A stretch of DNA of 64,000 nt, taken from assembly GCA_008632985.1 (NCBI GenBank), contig QPGO01000197.1:62001-126000 (forward strand), in the 5' to 3' direction. The translations under genes and the position numbers were made by a program. Of this stretch, positions 23,463-36,190 are shown piece after piece. The notes under the pieces are model-generated. The model did not search any database. It was not told the origin of the DNA and saw nothing but the letters and a program-made list of their open reading frames with translations. The number at the start of each line of letters is the position of its first letter. Positions within the stretch are counted from its first letter, which is position 1. Origin of the DNA: Psammoneis japonica (lineage: Eukaryota).

Positions 23463-24020
23463 ACCGCATCTGACAAAAAATGGCCAATGTGGTGCGACAG
23501 AGTGACCTGGCTAGACTCCAGAGTGACGATGTCTCAACGCTCAAGTGCAGCAGGTGCACGCACCCATGTTCTGGAGGCCTCAAGTGGCAAAATGTCCACT
23601 GAAATGGCGACAATGACAATGACTCCCTTGATGCATGAGAAGGTGGTGTTGGACACAACAAAAAATGTCCCTCAGCAGCAGCAGGACCCTTCTTTCACTC
23701 GCAAGACCTTGTCACAGGGGCGCGTGCAGCAGGCACCCCTGCTGTGGCCCCCAATGATGCCACTTTCCTGCATCTGCAGGCTGTCCACAGCAACACTGAT
23801 CCTGCAGAACAGAAGCGCATGTTGGAAAACTTGACTCCCAGTGCAAGACCTGTGACAGGCTGTGGGAGAGTGTCCGCATGACTGAGACTGGCACGACTGG
23901 CCATCACACAAGTGACTCACCTTGCATGAAGGGTCTGTGTGGGATGTGCACAGTGCCAAGCATGACTGGTTCTGTGAAAGGACTCAAACTCTGCATGTCT
24001 TGCTGTTGCACATGTGCATG

Positions 24021-24558
24021 CCACTGAGACACAAAATTTGCAAGCTGCAAATTAAAATTTGTTGAGACAAACAGCTTGCATTTTTTCATGTTGAAAGCAC
24101 ATGCGAGGTCTCAGAGCACTTCGTTTTTTGCTTCAAATGAGCAAATGCCTCTGTTTTGACAACCGCAGGTCTGCAAGTGATGTGAAACAATGCACCAATT
24201 GGATTGTCGTCATTGTGAAGAGCTGCGCAATGTTTTGTTTGTGAGGAAAGGCGGTGCACTTGTCCAAAAAGGTCATTTTTGTTGAAATTTTGTGATGCGC
24301 TGGCATGAGTTGCAGACACGAGAAGGCAGCTTCCTTTGAAAACAATGATTTCTCATCCTTTCTTGTGTGTCATGTCTTTTCTCAATCAAAGTGGAAAGAA
24401 CACCTGCACCTTGAACAATGCCAGAGGATGTTGCCTGCATTGCAAAGACAATCTTTGATGGTGGCAAGGGTCATTTCTTGACTTGTTGCGTGGCAATTGT
24501 GCGGGGATTTGGAACTTGTCACAAATTTTGCAATGTTGCAAATTTTTCGATTTGGCAG
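24021..24558. mobile_element. MITE inserted in the 3' LTR of the gag-only element
   Basis: Absent from the 5' LTR; flanked by CATG/CATG (empty site CACA, compatible with ancestral TATA); imperfect TIRs containing AAAATTTGCAA / TTGCAAATTTT. Confidence 0.65.
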
Positions 24559-25115
24559 CATGCTCTGCACAAAATGATCTCATGATTTTCACAACACCAA
24601 AATCTCTGCGTCGCGTGCTTGTTCCCCATTTCTGCACGGGTCACTGGTGGCCACCCGGCCATCTCTAAAAGCCTGACCAAGAATCTTTGTGGTGATTTTC
24701 AAGCTGGAGCATTGAGCCTGGATCTTGAAATTGGGTGGCTGAACTTTTGGGCCATCTGCAATGCAAACACATTCCAGACACACTGCAGGCAGGAATCCAT
24801 GTGACACTCTTGGGCCCCAAGAACTCTGCATGCAAGCTCAGCAATCAAGCTGGCACATGGCTGTGATGAACGCGCCAATGGTCACCAACAGAAAAAAGCA
24901 GCAGTTTTGCAGGTGCAGAAACTTGTCCACTCATCCATGCTCAAAGCACTTTTGTTTGCCTGGGTGACAATTCTGCAGATTGGTGCAAGCAGAAATGGGT
25001 GCACGTGCAACATGTGATGCATTGTCAAAAAATGTTCATGTTGCACATGTTGGCAGCACTGCAAGCTCCAACCTGGAGCTGGAGAGCACATCTGTGGCAA
25101 CACTGAGGCAGCATG

Positions 25116-25567
25116 TGCAGCGTGCATGCAGACAAAAGGTCATTTTTTTTGTCACGCCCTTTGTGACATTTAAAGGCTGCAACACGTCGCCATGATGCAT
25201 TGACTCTTGTCAGCAGCTGCACATTGCACTCCTCCCCACATGTGTCACGCGTCCATGCGGCTCTTTGCCAATGTGTGCTGACACTGCATGGTTTTGGCGG
25301 AACAGTGTGGGCACGCACGAAGGAACACACAGAACTGCACAGAGTTTTGCGTGTTCGACAGTGATCAACGTTGCTGCAGACAACTCCCACTCAGGGTTTC
25401 GAACCCCTGGACTCCTGCCCAATGGTCGCGATGAACCACTCCGCTGTGAATTCACAACGCAGCATGCATGCAGACAAAAGGTCATTTTTGTCATGCCCTT
25501 TGTGACATTTAAAGGCTGCAACACGTCACCGTGACACATCAACTCTTGTTGGTGGCTGCACATTGCA
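25116..25567 (-). mobile_element. TRIM-like miniature LTR element, copy 1 (LTRs 25116-25228 and 25458-25567) with internal tRNA-like A/B-box
   Basis: ~110-bp direct terminal repeats; TSD CATG (25112-15 / 25568-71); PPT GGGGAGGAG on minus strand next to the LTR; second copy at 63196-63642. Confidence 0.8.
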
Positions 25568-27896
25568 CATGATCTTGGAAGAGCAGAGAAACAGGGGTGT
25601 TGGCGCCATTGCTGTCAGAGAACCAGCTGGAGTTTTTTGCCACAAGAGATGAGATGGAAGCAACAAAAATTCTTCATTCTGCCGTTGGAGGCATGAGGGC
25701 CAATGCTGGGAGCTGCAAGCCAAACGCTCAGCTCCTGGGGGGTTGGCTTGCTTGTTTTTGTTGGGGGCAAGAATTTTGCACAAAAAGAGTGGTCAAAGGA
25801 GGACAGAACCTGCCACCACCATTGGCTTCAGAAGAGATGAGTGTGCGCTGGGCTGCTTTTGTTGTGACACAGTGCAGCCTGCCACAAGGTGGAGAGATGA
25901 TGCTCCCACAACAACAAGGTGACCTCACTCCTTTTGCACAGAGTTTGCACTGCATCTGTGGGCTTGTCAGGCTGGGGATCATGTGCCACTGTCCAACAAA
26001 AGAGGAGAGAGACAGAGCAATCTCCAATTGTCCTTTTGACATTTGTGGAATGTTGCAATGTGGAGCCAGAAGTCTGCTCTTTGAGGAAGACAGAGAGAGA
26101 GGCATCAATGCACTGAGATCACATGCAAACTGCCCAAGAACCACATCTGGCATGATGTGCCTGTCTCAAAGCTCATTGCTCATGCACAATGAATGCACTG
26201 CTGCATGGTGCCTGCCCTTCTTGCAGCCCCACACCATGCTGCACCACAAAACACAATGGGGGTCTTGTGGTGCACCAGGAGCATGTGTCATGCTCAACTC
26301 TGTTTGCTGGGGGGTGTCACAAACCCATGCATTAAAAATGAAGTCACTGCTGGACATTGCAGCTGTGCTTCTTTTTGGCAGTTTGCCAGGTTTGACCACT
26401 GCTGGATGCCAACCTGTTGTGCATGTGGCACCTGTTGGCCCCAAGGCAAACAACCCAAATTTTCTTGTCCTTGCTCAGATCATGGAGGGGGTGCACTTCA
26501 CTTTTCTTCAAAGCCCACCACAAGAAGGATTTGCAACCTGCAGCAGCAACCATCTGGCTGCGCACCAGACCTTGATGTTGACTCAACATGGAGGTGCATC
26601 ATCACATGATTTGTGAGAACATGTCCAGCAGCGCACACCAGACAAGCTCCATCTCTGGCTGCTGGGCTGTGAAGTGAGAGTTTTTGGGTCATGCACTGCA
26701 TGTCATGCACACACATTTCATTGTGCAAGTGCCGTGCTCCCCATTTTGCAAAGTGCCAAAGGGTTTTTGTTGCAACCATTTTTGTGAAAACAAAAGCTTG
26801 CAAGTCATTTTCTTTGATGTCTGAAGAGTGCACACTTGGGCAAGCCAGAGCTGATGCACTCAAAGAATGAAAGAGGAGAAACTGAAAACAGTGCAATGGC
26901 AAAATTGTCTCTTTTTCAGTTGGCAACAATTGACACATGCATTGCCCAGCAAATTTGCTGCAGAGCTTGCATGCACAGAGTTCTTCTGGTGTGTTCAAAT
27001 GATGTTGCACAGAGTCCTGCCTGGGGCGGGAACACACCGCCAGATTTGCTCACAGAACACAAGGCCATCAAATTGCCTTTCTGGCAATGTTTGTGACAGT
27101 GAATGGAGAGCATCATGCTTTGCAGGATCTTGCACTGGTGCTGTGTCCATTTGTGTCCCCCACAAAAGTCATCAGGCAAGAAATTGTCCAAAAGTCATCC
27201 AAAAAGTTGAAGGAAAGAAACAGATGGAAAGAAAAGTGGTGGGGGTGCTGCCTGCGGCAATCAGGGTCCTCTGTTTGACTCAATCGCGGGGCGCCAAACC
27301 CACCACTGACAGAATTTGAACAAGATTTTAGTTTGTCACACACAATTGTGTGTGCTCTCAATTCCGCATGCATGACACACGACGCAGCTTGCTTTCGAGC
27401 CACTCGGCTCACAAGAAGAATGACAACATCACAGCAGCGCTGACATCACGACACACATCTTTTAGCTCCTGTGATGGCATCCACATGGACACTCATCTGC
27501 TGTTTGGACAGCAGCAAGGAGCCATTGTTTTCTTCCACCTGCTCCATCTTCAACATTTCTGCCCTTCTCCGACAGCAGCCATCGACCGTCTCTGTGCTGC
27601 AACAATGTGAGCGCAGCCACTGCTTGCTGTGATGGGGCACAACAATCTGCCGCAAGGCAGAAAGTTGGCATTGCCACAACAAGGTAAACTCGTTTCCCTT
27701 TGTGCAGTTTGCACTGCAGTTCTAAGCTGTTCAGCAGCGGGGATTGTACCATGTCGCGGTCCAAACAAATGCGGGGAATGTGGAATCGGAAGTCTGTTCT
27801 TTGAGGGAATTACAAAGTGACGTCAATGCATGCGCGCGTCCGGCGCCCGTCTCCAAACTCGTCACTCACGACGACACGCACACAACAAAATCCACC

Positions 27897-29098
27897 ATGA
27901 TGCTGTCAGCGTCGTCATCCACAACAAGCCATGCTATTGTTCGTGGCGTGGTGACGAGAATAATCTCTTCTCGTTGTGTTGCTATTCGTTGTTTCTCCAC
28001 CACAAACAACAAAGATGAATTCATTCCACGCCGCCGTTCCAATCCACAATACCGTCCTCTCGCCAAGCCCCCCACCGTTCAAAAGGACGTGTTTGAATTG
28101 CAAGACAGTGACAATGATTTGCTGACGTTTGGAAGTGACGCAGCCGACGCTCTCCGTCATTCTCGTGCCTTGCGAAAAAAGGAGGGAGTCGAATCTCATT
28201 TTTTGCGCATGGCCGATTACATGACGGCACGACCGGGCACGACGGAACACTACGTGAGTGAACGCAGAGCACTCGCCATGGATTTGTGGGAACATGAGGA
28301 TCGAAGTGACGTGTTGCGAAAAATGGATGAATTGGTAGAAACGGAACGAATCAAGCAGATGGAATTGGGAGACGATGACATGGAACCCATTAACAAGAGA
28401 GATCTGTCTGAAGAGAGTGAGGAGGAGCCCAATCAACTGGTGCACGGTGATTGGTGAGTGCGCTAGTTTTTAGTTTTTTTTTTGTTGACAATTCAACTAT
28501 ATGAAGAGTCCATATGGGAGCTGGAGTGTCTTTATGACGACTTATGAAAACGTATAATGTCTTACTCACTCTTTCTCCTCTCTCAAAAACCTTCATGCTC
28601 ACCTTCAGGGCCGAATCTATCATTCAGGTGGACCGCGTTCAAAAAGTCCAAAGAGGCGGCACCATGGTACGGTACCGTGCCCTTTTATTGGGTGGCAATG
28701 GCCAAGGCGTGGCGGGTTTTGGAATTGCCAAGGCCAATTCACCAGCCGAAGCCACGACGGCCGCGTCGCGCATTTGCAAACGCAATATATACTTTTGCGA
28801 TCGCGTACTAAACAAGGGATTGACACGTGATTTGGTGGGCAAACACAATTCGTGCAAAGTCTTTCTGAGAGCAACCTCACCGAATTATGGATTGAAGGGA
28901 CACGACTTGGTCAAGGAGATTTTGATTCTCATGGGAATTACCGATTGTTCGTGCAAGACACACGGAAATCGGAACCCGTACAATGTGGTTCGTGCCACCT
29001 TTAAGGCCATTGCGACGCATGAAAGCATGGAGGAGATTGCTCTCAAGCGAGGCAAGAGGCTCTTGAGTTTGGAACGAGTCAAACGATTGCAAATCTAA
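27897..29098 (+). CDS. MRPS5: Mitochondrial ribosomal protein uS5m (S5); join(27897..28453,28609..29098)
   Basis: Ser/Thr/Arg-rich presequence; S5 motifs IIQVDRVQKVQRGG..YRALLLGGNGQGVAGFGIAKA and GNRNPYNVVRATFKA; GT-AG intron restores W-AES. Confidence 0.9.
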
Positions 29099-29393
29099 AA
29101 TCTACGAAACGGGAATGACGTGGATAGCGTTTTCATTCGAATTCTTGCAAGATTCAGAGTTCGCGTTCTGGATGCCAATCACGATTCGGCGATCACTGAC
29201 ACGAAGAGTGATACTCCGACTAATAGAGTAGCTCTAAATCGAATGTACTATTGTAAACACTACTACAACAACAAAACTAGTAAAGACTATTGTTGTGCTC
29301 TAAACTAAAGTTATGGTGTGTTATATCGTCGTGCGATTCTTTTTCTAAAAATGATTTCCCCCCAAATGATGGTATCTAGGGCGTGCTCTGTAC

Positions 29394-30275
29394 TTAGAGG
29401 ACGTCGTCCAACTCCACAGTTTCCAAATCCATCTTTTCTTGTGCGACGCGTTCTATTTCCTCATCTGTCTCTTTGCTGTCAGTACCATAAAGCGAGTCCC
29501 GCATAATGGAAGCACCACGTACTTTTCCCGGGAGATGAAAGTGCCCGTGCTCGACATTGGAAACCGGTGCCGCTCGGTTGCGTCGTTTCCATGCTCCCAA
29601 CGGAATAATGGTGCGTTTGCCTTGACCAAAGACGTCATTGACAAGTTCGGCCGCTGCCAACCAATACGCGGTTGCCGCCGTGGCAATTCCAGTGTACCCC
29701 GCCACGCGGTCCACCGTATCGTTTTCGACTCCACCCATGAGGAGGAAAAACGTGGCGGCCAACAAGAAAAACAAGAGACAAATGGTCTTGTTCATGGCAA
29801 AGGTACAAATCCACAAGACCACAGTGTACAAGCCACACAAGAATAGCATGGCTTGGGATGCCTTGGGACTGACAAGGGGAGCGTCTACTCCACCCAGTAT
29901 TGAAACAATCTCAACAGTACCTACGCTTAACCAAAAGCCGCCATAGAGCAAAAAGGCCGTGTACCCAAAAATATTGTTTCGTTTGATCTCGGAAAGACCT
30001 GCAATCACTTGCAAAAGGCCACCAAAAAACATGGCAAAGCCCAACACGATTGCATCCACTTCATTTCCCGTACCTTCAATTCGCGTGTGTTTGACTTGGA
30101 GTAACGCTGTGGTTAATCCAAAAGCAATCAAACCGAGTGGCGCTGGATTGGGTACAGGTGGATGAATCTGTGGACCAAGCAAGTTGACTTCTTTGGAAAG
30201 TTCCTTCCACGGAGAAGAAGAAGAAGAGGAGGAATGATGATGATGGTGATGATGATGTTTCAGTTGACTCGTCAT
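29394..30275 (-). CDS. GPR1/FUN34/YaaH (SatP-like) acetate transporter
   Basis: NPAPLGLIAFGLTT signature, FFGGLLQVIAG, NIFGYTAFLLYGGFW; 6 TM segments; N-terminal poly-His/Ser. Confidence 0.92.
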   Translation of the reverse strand: MTSQLKHHHHHHHHSSSSSSSPWKELSKEVNLLGPQIHPPVPNPAPLGLIAFGLTTALLQVKHTRIEGTGNEVDAIVLGFAMFFGGLLQVIAGLSEIKRNNIFGYTAFLLYGGFWLSVGTVEIVSILGGVDAPLVSPKASQAMLFLCGLYTVVLWICTFAMNKTICLLFFLLAATFFLLMGGVENDTVDRVAGYTGIATAATAYWLAAAELVNDVFGQGKRTIIPLGAWKRRNRAAPVSNVEHGHFHLPGKVRGASIMRDSLYGTDSKETDEEIERVAQEKMDLETVELDDVL

Positions 30276-30844
30276 GATTGCGGGTGTCGTGTTTTGAAAA
30301 TTGTGAGCTGACGCGTGTGATTGGAATTCGCGATCGGCATGAGAAATGCGAATCCCAATCAACACAACCACGATTGAACACGCCGTTCCAACGGACCGCA
30401 ACGGACAATCATTTATTGGAACTGTTGAGTTAGATTTTAATGGATATGAGGAAGGACAGCAACCATTCCAAACACTCGGCATGACCAACACCATGGTGTT
30501 GCTGCCATTGTGACAAGCGGAACAACGAATGAAACGGCATTGTTGAAGTCGCTTTTGATTTTGTGATTGCGATCTTCAGTCACGACCGTTAAAATCATTC
30601 CCGTTTCCTTGGTAATGGCGTCTGGCTGTCGCTCGCTCAAAAAGCCCGCGAAAAATAGAAAGCGGTGCAAACGGCGCAAAAACGCGGTGACACCGGTGCG
30701 ATGGCGATGGGATTCAACGCCTTTCACTTTCATCAACTGCCCAACCTTGTTGTTCCAACAATCTGTGAATGTTTGCCATGACGGCATTGCACTCCTTCCT
30801 GCGAGCACGTCTGAACATCCTTGTTGGTTTTGGCTTTGTTTCAG

Positions 30845-33800
30845 GATGGATCACAGTGATGAAGAAGAGCAAGAGCAGCGTCTTGTTGACACTCTCCAAA
30901 ACTTGGAATCTTCCATGTCGATTCGTCTCTGGTGACTCTGTTTGCAACCACCCTGTTCCACATCTGATGGTGGCAGAGGCAACAAGATTCCATCGCCCTC
31001 GGTGAAGTGCCTCCTTTCGATCATTCATGCTGACCTGCAGAGCAGCCGGCCTGTTCCAGCTCCAGGTGATCTGCTTTTCATCATGCAAGAGGCCGATTTT
31101 CTGCACAGTTTAGCACAATCACCTCCTTCATTTTTGTCGTTTTGAAAATCGAAAGGTGAGTGCACACCCAAAAATGCATGCAAAGTGTGCACTCACCCTT
31201 CGATTTGGCAAAAAACGGATTTGGAAAAAGTCAATTGCGCCAAATGCACAAATTGCCAAATGACAGGAATCGAACCCTCGCGGAGCACCTGGAGCTGGAA
31301 CAGGCCAGCCCAAACAGTTGGGAACCAGACAATGTCATGACAGAAACAGTCACGCATCTGATTGCAACCTTGCAGGATTTGCATGGCAAACAAGGTGTCG
31401 ATCCTCAAACCAGGGAGGCATTGCAGATTTCCCTGTCGGTCCGCATCCCAGCTCTGTCTCTGTCAATTTCGCGGCGCAAACTCGGCGGATGCAAAACCAT
31501 TCTGAACCCACCTGCGCAGCGCGTGAATCCAGCTGCAATGGCGTTGCAAGTCAAGGACTGTTTTTCCAAAATCAAATGTGCCGGCCAATGCAGTGGGAGA
31601 GAATGTCTTGGCATGCAAAAGGAGGATGGGTTGCTCTTGTCAGTGTGGAGGAAATGCGGTCTGAGCCTCTGGATGCAGCGATTGCGGGCATGTGCGATTC
31701 GCACTGTGCGGAGGATTGTGCGAGCATCTTTTTGCCTCCAGATGGCAATGATGATGCATGGATTGAAGCTTGTGCCAATGAAGTTTGAGAGATGGAGGAG
31801 GTGGGTGAGGCAAAGGGGACCCACAAGACACGCAGTCATTTTCAGATTTGCGCATTTGCTGGATTGGTTCAAGCCCTTTGTGATTGCGTCATTGCATCAG
31901 AGAGTTGCGCCAGTGGCAATGATGCAATCCATGTTGAATGCGAAGAGGACACAACTCAAATGCACCATGGATGGTCCAGATCATGGGCCGCCAATGAAGA
32001 CGAGCCAAAAAAGAACGACTTCTTTTGTGGAGTGAAGTTGGGAACAATTCTCCACCACACCAAGGAGCATGCCAAGACATTCATTGTCCCAGGCGTGACC
32101 AAGCCTTGGGTGGCCACTGAAGCAGCAGTGTAAATTTTAAGATTGAATTGAATTGCTGGTCCCAGATGTTCATTGCCGTTTGCCAGATTCCACACAGACA
32201 TTTCAAAGAAAGAGACTCTGCCCAAGCCCACCAATGAGCCAACGACTTCACAGGATGTTGAAATCTGCCATGCTTGCAGTGGCTTTGTCGGCAACTTGAT
32301 CCAGGTGGAAGGGCATTCTGGCAAATGCTGGGTTCATGATGGCAGAATTGTTTTTGTGCATGCAGGATTTGGACCCAAAAATCAACAATTTTGTGGTGCC
32401 ATTTGTGTCTTTGATGTCAATCCAAGCAACACGCCAGCAAGAAAGTGTTCAGAACTGAAGCCAGAACATGAGTTTTGGAATGCTGCAAGGAACATCCTTG
32501 TGCAGTTGATTTCAACAAAACTGTGTGGGTGCACGCGGACAGAAGAATCAAAGGCTTCTCCATCTTTTGTGACAAAGAGGAGTCTTGGTTTGATGCCAAG
32601 TGCATCTTTCAGCTCAAAGACAATCCTGAATCTTTTTGCACTGAGAAAGAATGCAAGTCACCATGCTGCAAACTTGTTGAAAGCAGCAAAGCCGAATGTG
32701 GTCGCTCCAATCTTTTGGCATTTGGTTCAAGGCACATGGGATGCCTCAAAAATGGTCATCTGCAACAGCGGAAACTCAGCAACCAAATGAATGTGATGGT
32801 GTACATTGTGAGGTTGAGCTGCAAAATCTTGAAGAACAGACAGCAGCGTGGCCTGAAGATGAAGTGTTTGACTTCAGCAACGGCACTTGGGTGGACAAAT
32901 GTGGATTTGTGGAGACAAGCCGAGGTGTGAAACCTGATTTCATCAGGCCTGTCGACATTGTGGCCCCTGCATTGATTGGACATTTGCCAAATGGCCAATT
33001 CGCATTTGGCTGTGCATGCTGTGAAAGCACTCATCTCAGAAATGGGCAGATTCCAATCTACAACAATGAGCTTCAAGAAGTTGCTGCTCTTGCAGGAATG
33101 TTCAATGATGGGATTGAAGTTGTGCAGTGCCCCACCTTTGGAGATGAGCCATTGCTGGCAGCCAGCAATTCTTCAAATGTCAAGACATTTGATTTGCGCT
33201 CTGGAAAAGCTGAGATTGCCATTCGACAAATGTGCATCAACGCCACTCCAATCCATGTCGGCAATGCAAAGTTTGTTGCAAACATGCTCCATGGCACAAA
33301 AGGGGTGATGATGTGGGACATTGGGGCTCTAAAGCCCATGCATTCTCTGCCCATCGCACCGAACGATGGAACAGCCTGGACTCCAATGGCAGAGGCAACA
33401 AGGAAGCCGCCCATTCTGGTGTGCGGCAATGGAAGGACGTGTGCATTTGATGGGTCAAACGACAATCTCAGCGAGAGAGAGCTGGGGTTTTGCAAAGGTT
33501 GAACAGAAGAAGATTGGAGCAAACTGGAAGAAAAGAACCATGTGGGCAGTGAGGGAGAGAATTTCTTGATTGTGTGGAATTTGCATTGTTGTGGAATGCA
33601 CAAAAAGATGCTGTGTGCAACAGTTGCAATGCGATCAAGTTGAGAGCATCTGCTGTGCCACAGATCATTTCTTTGAGATTTCGGAAAGCGGACAAAAGAG
33701 CTGGATGTTTCGTGTCTGTGCACTTGTGAGCCAATCCTGCTTCCCTTGCCATTTCAATGAAGGCCAAGCAATTCTGCCGGACATGATGCATCCCGCAGTT

Positions 33801-34070
33801 GGCACCAACCAGCAGGCAGACAATGGCGCGCGTGTTGGCAAAAATGCTGTCGCAACAGCCAATGCTGTGTGCCTGCATGGTGAGTCGCACCAATGCCTGT
33901 GAAAACACATGTCTCACAATGCTCTCAGGCAAGCTCGTGGTGCCGCAAGGCATCAACATGATGCAAGTGGCAACAGCTCATCAGAAAGTGGTGCTCATGT
34001 TTGTTGGCAATGAGGTCAACAAAGGTGCAGAAGCAGCGTGGCTTTTTTGCAATTGCGCAGCTTCCACCTG
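30845..34070 (+). pseudogene. Decayed host-like gene(s) including a WD40/beta-propeller-like segment (~32800-33500), TpA-depleted
   Basis: Protein-like fragments across broken frames (MDHSDEEEQEQRLVDTLQNLE; SSNVKTFDLRSGKA; KGVMMWDIGALKPM); Tyr nearly absent. Confidence 0.4.
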
Positions 34071-34782
34071 AGCTCGCAGAAAAATTTGGCGGTCATTGGC
34101 ACCAAGTGAGAGCATCTTTGCCAGCAAGTCATGAACATGAACCCGCGTCTGTGCATCTTCTGATGCAAATGAGACTCACCCAAAATCATCATTTTCAGTG
34201 GATCACAAACCCACTTGTGGCGCCAATGACCCTTGCAGATGCCTGTTGGCGCAAAGATTGCTCCAACCCTAGAACTTGCTCAAGGTTGCTGAACAGCCTC
34301 AATCAAGAGAGATTGCTTTTGCGCCATGCTGGCAGAACCCCCAGTCTTTGCTGCAAACTGTTGGGTGCGAGGGGCCACAATTTTGGTGGGTTTGTCTGGG
34401 GCACACTGCACTTCTGCATGGTTGCCATGAAGCAGCAGGTTGAGTGATCAGCGGCACTCTCATCAGCCTGGTTGTGGCCATTGCAAGGTGCTGACAGGGT
34501 TCCTCCTTGCACCCACCAGTTCTGGACATGCCCGCTACACCACAGCCAATGAAACCACCATGACTCAAAGGCACTGACAAGAAGGCAGTTTAAGACCAAA
34601 GCAAGAACGGCAAATCTTTGGTGACAAAATCATGCACATCATGACAACAATCCTGAGAACAAGTTGCCCCCCTCCTCTGCCATTTTTGTGTGGGGTGCTG
34701 AAGCTCCTGTTCAACCAAAGACTTTCCTTGGGGAGCGCTGCAGAGAAAAAAAAGCATGTCCTCAAAGCAGCACCAGCAGCTG

Positions 34783-36190
34783 CTGTGGGTCCCAACCCTT
34801 GAGCAAATCCAAACTGGCGTGGCAGGCGCACTCCTGATGAGCGCACAGACCATCACCGCTGCGCCATTGCTGTCGCGGGGAATTTGATCAAATCTTGCAC
34901 CGACGATGGTGATGATTGCGACGCCAAGAAAGTCATCTAAACCTTCGATTCTGCGAGAATGCATTTGGCACACAATCAATTGGCACCTGTTGGACAGGTG
35001 TCTAAATGCGTTCTCCACGATTTTGATTTTGTGGCGAGCTGTTGATGAACACACCGATTCAGTCGTTCGTGACGCCATGTCACGTGCCGAGTCTTCATCA
35101 ACCACTCATTCGCCGGATTTTCGACACCTGCTGAGAGTGAAAGCCAGCGGACATGTGAAGGCAAGGGTGTAGAATCGAAATGGTGTTGTCATTGTGCCAA
35201 AGTCTCGCCACTTGTTGTCTCACTCAACTGTCATGCAGACGCAGCCAATTTTCACAGTGTCAATCGTCGTGTGAGCTCATCGACAAATCCAATGTCGCAG
35301 TCCCATCGTCAAACCCGTTTTAGCAACGACAATGACAAGAAGAACATTTTTCAAGACTTTGACAAAGCAACTGCAATGCGATCAGCCAGTGTTTTTGAGT
35401 GGGAGAGGGTGGGGCGTGGGTCGGATTTTTGAGCAAAAATGCAGAGTGAAGTTGGCGCACTGTTGAAAAGAAGCAGTCAAACAACGTTGACAAAGTTGCA
35501 CATTGATGACACTCTCCTATAGAAGAGTGAATTTATGCAATGGAAGTGCCCCCTTGCTTGCATGTGCTCTAGATTGATCGCAAAAACACAAAAATGTTAA
35601 ATCTGAAAACAGGAGTGTGTTGCTTGTAATGAGTTTTTGTGGATTGCTTGGCCTGTCTGTGGCATGAAAGAGGTCAAACACAGTTGTCACGAGGCCAGCC
35701 ATGGATGTAGAGAACAGAAAACAGCCATGAAATGGGTCTTGTGTTGATGTTGTCATCTAATCTCGGTGTCGAGAACACTTCATCGTACAGTGAGTCACGT
35801 GTCTTGAATCCCGTGTGACCCACTCGACTCAACATTTTTGGCAGAATCAGCTGGACTTTGATCCCCGCTAGAGCCACAAAATGCACAAGATGTGAGCATT
35901 GTCAGTCTCCTGCCCTCCAAAACAATGTCTTGCGAGAACAGATTGGGCATGCATTGTTCATGGTGTCAGGCATTTGAAAATGGAACTGACGTTTCGCGGA
36001 GCACCTTTGTTGCACGTGAAAGTGCGAGGAACGATTTTCAGTCATCGCTCTACAACTAACGCAACCCTCTGCTTGCGACCCCAAAAGTCATCGGGAACTT
36101 TGTGTCAGCATGATGTCAGTTGGATGAAAATGCATTTTGGCAAAAAATGGGGGGGTTGTGATCACAAGTGGAAGCATGACGGACCCATGG
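34783..36190. mobile_element. ~1.4-kb insertion with short TIRs in duplication unit 1
   Basis: Absent from unit 2; ends CTGTGGGTCC..GGACCCATGG (a perfect TIR if ancestral CTATGGGTCC..GGACCCATAG); a 3-bp TSD CTG makes the empty site the same length as in unit 2. Confidence 0.55.

Larger units (their letters stand above)
21895..24643 (+). mobile_element. Gag-only LTR retroelement (LTR 21895-22271; gag relic ~22335-23462; LTR 23725-24643 interrupted by a MITE)
   Basis: Direct repeats beginning TG and ending CA, both 377 bp once the 542-bp insert is removed; 4-bp TSD CTGG (21891-94 / 24644-47); G-rich tract before the 3' LTR; no pol between LTRs. Confidence 0.8.

Noticed and set aside
25380..25455. 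Functional tRNA gene on the minus strand
   Set aside because: No convincing acceptor or anticodon stem, and it lies within a repeated element; reported only as an A/B-box-like module.
18528..27700. Dense overlapping Cys/His-rich ORFs on both strands (also 30.5-39.5 kb and 57.4-64 kb) as novel metal-binding proteins
   Set aside because: Expected by-product of TA->TG/CA change, which removes TAA/TAG and creates TGY/CAY codons.
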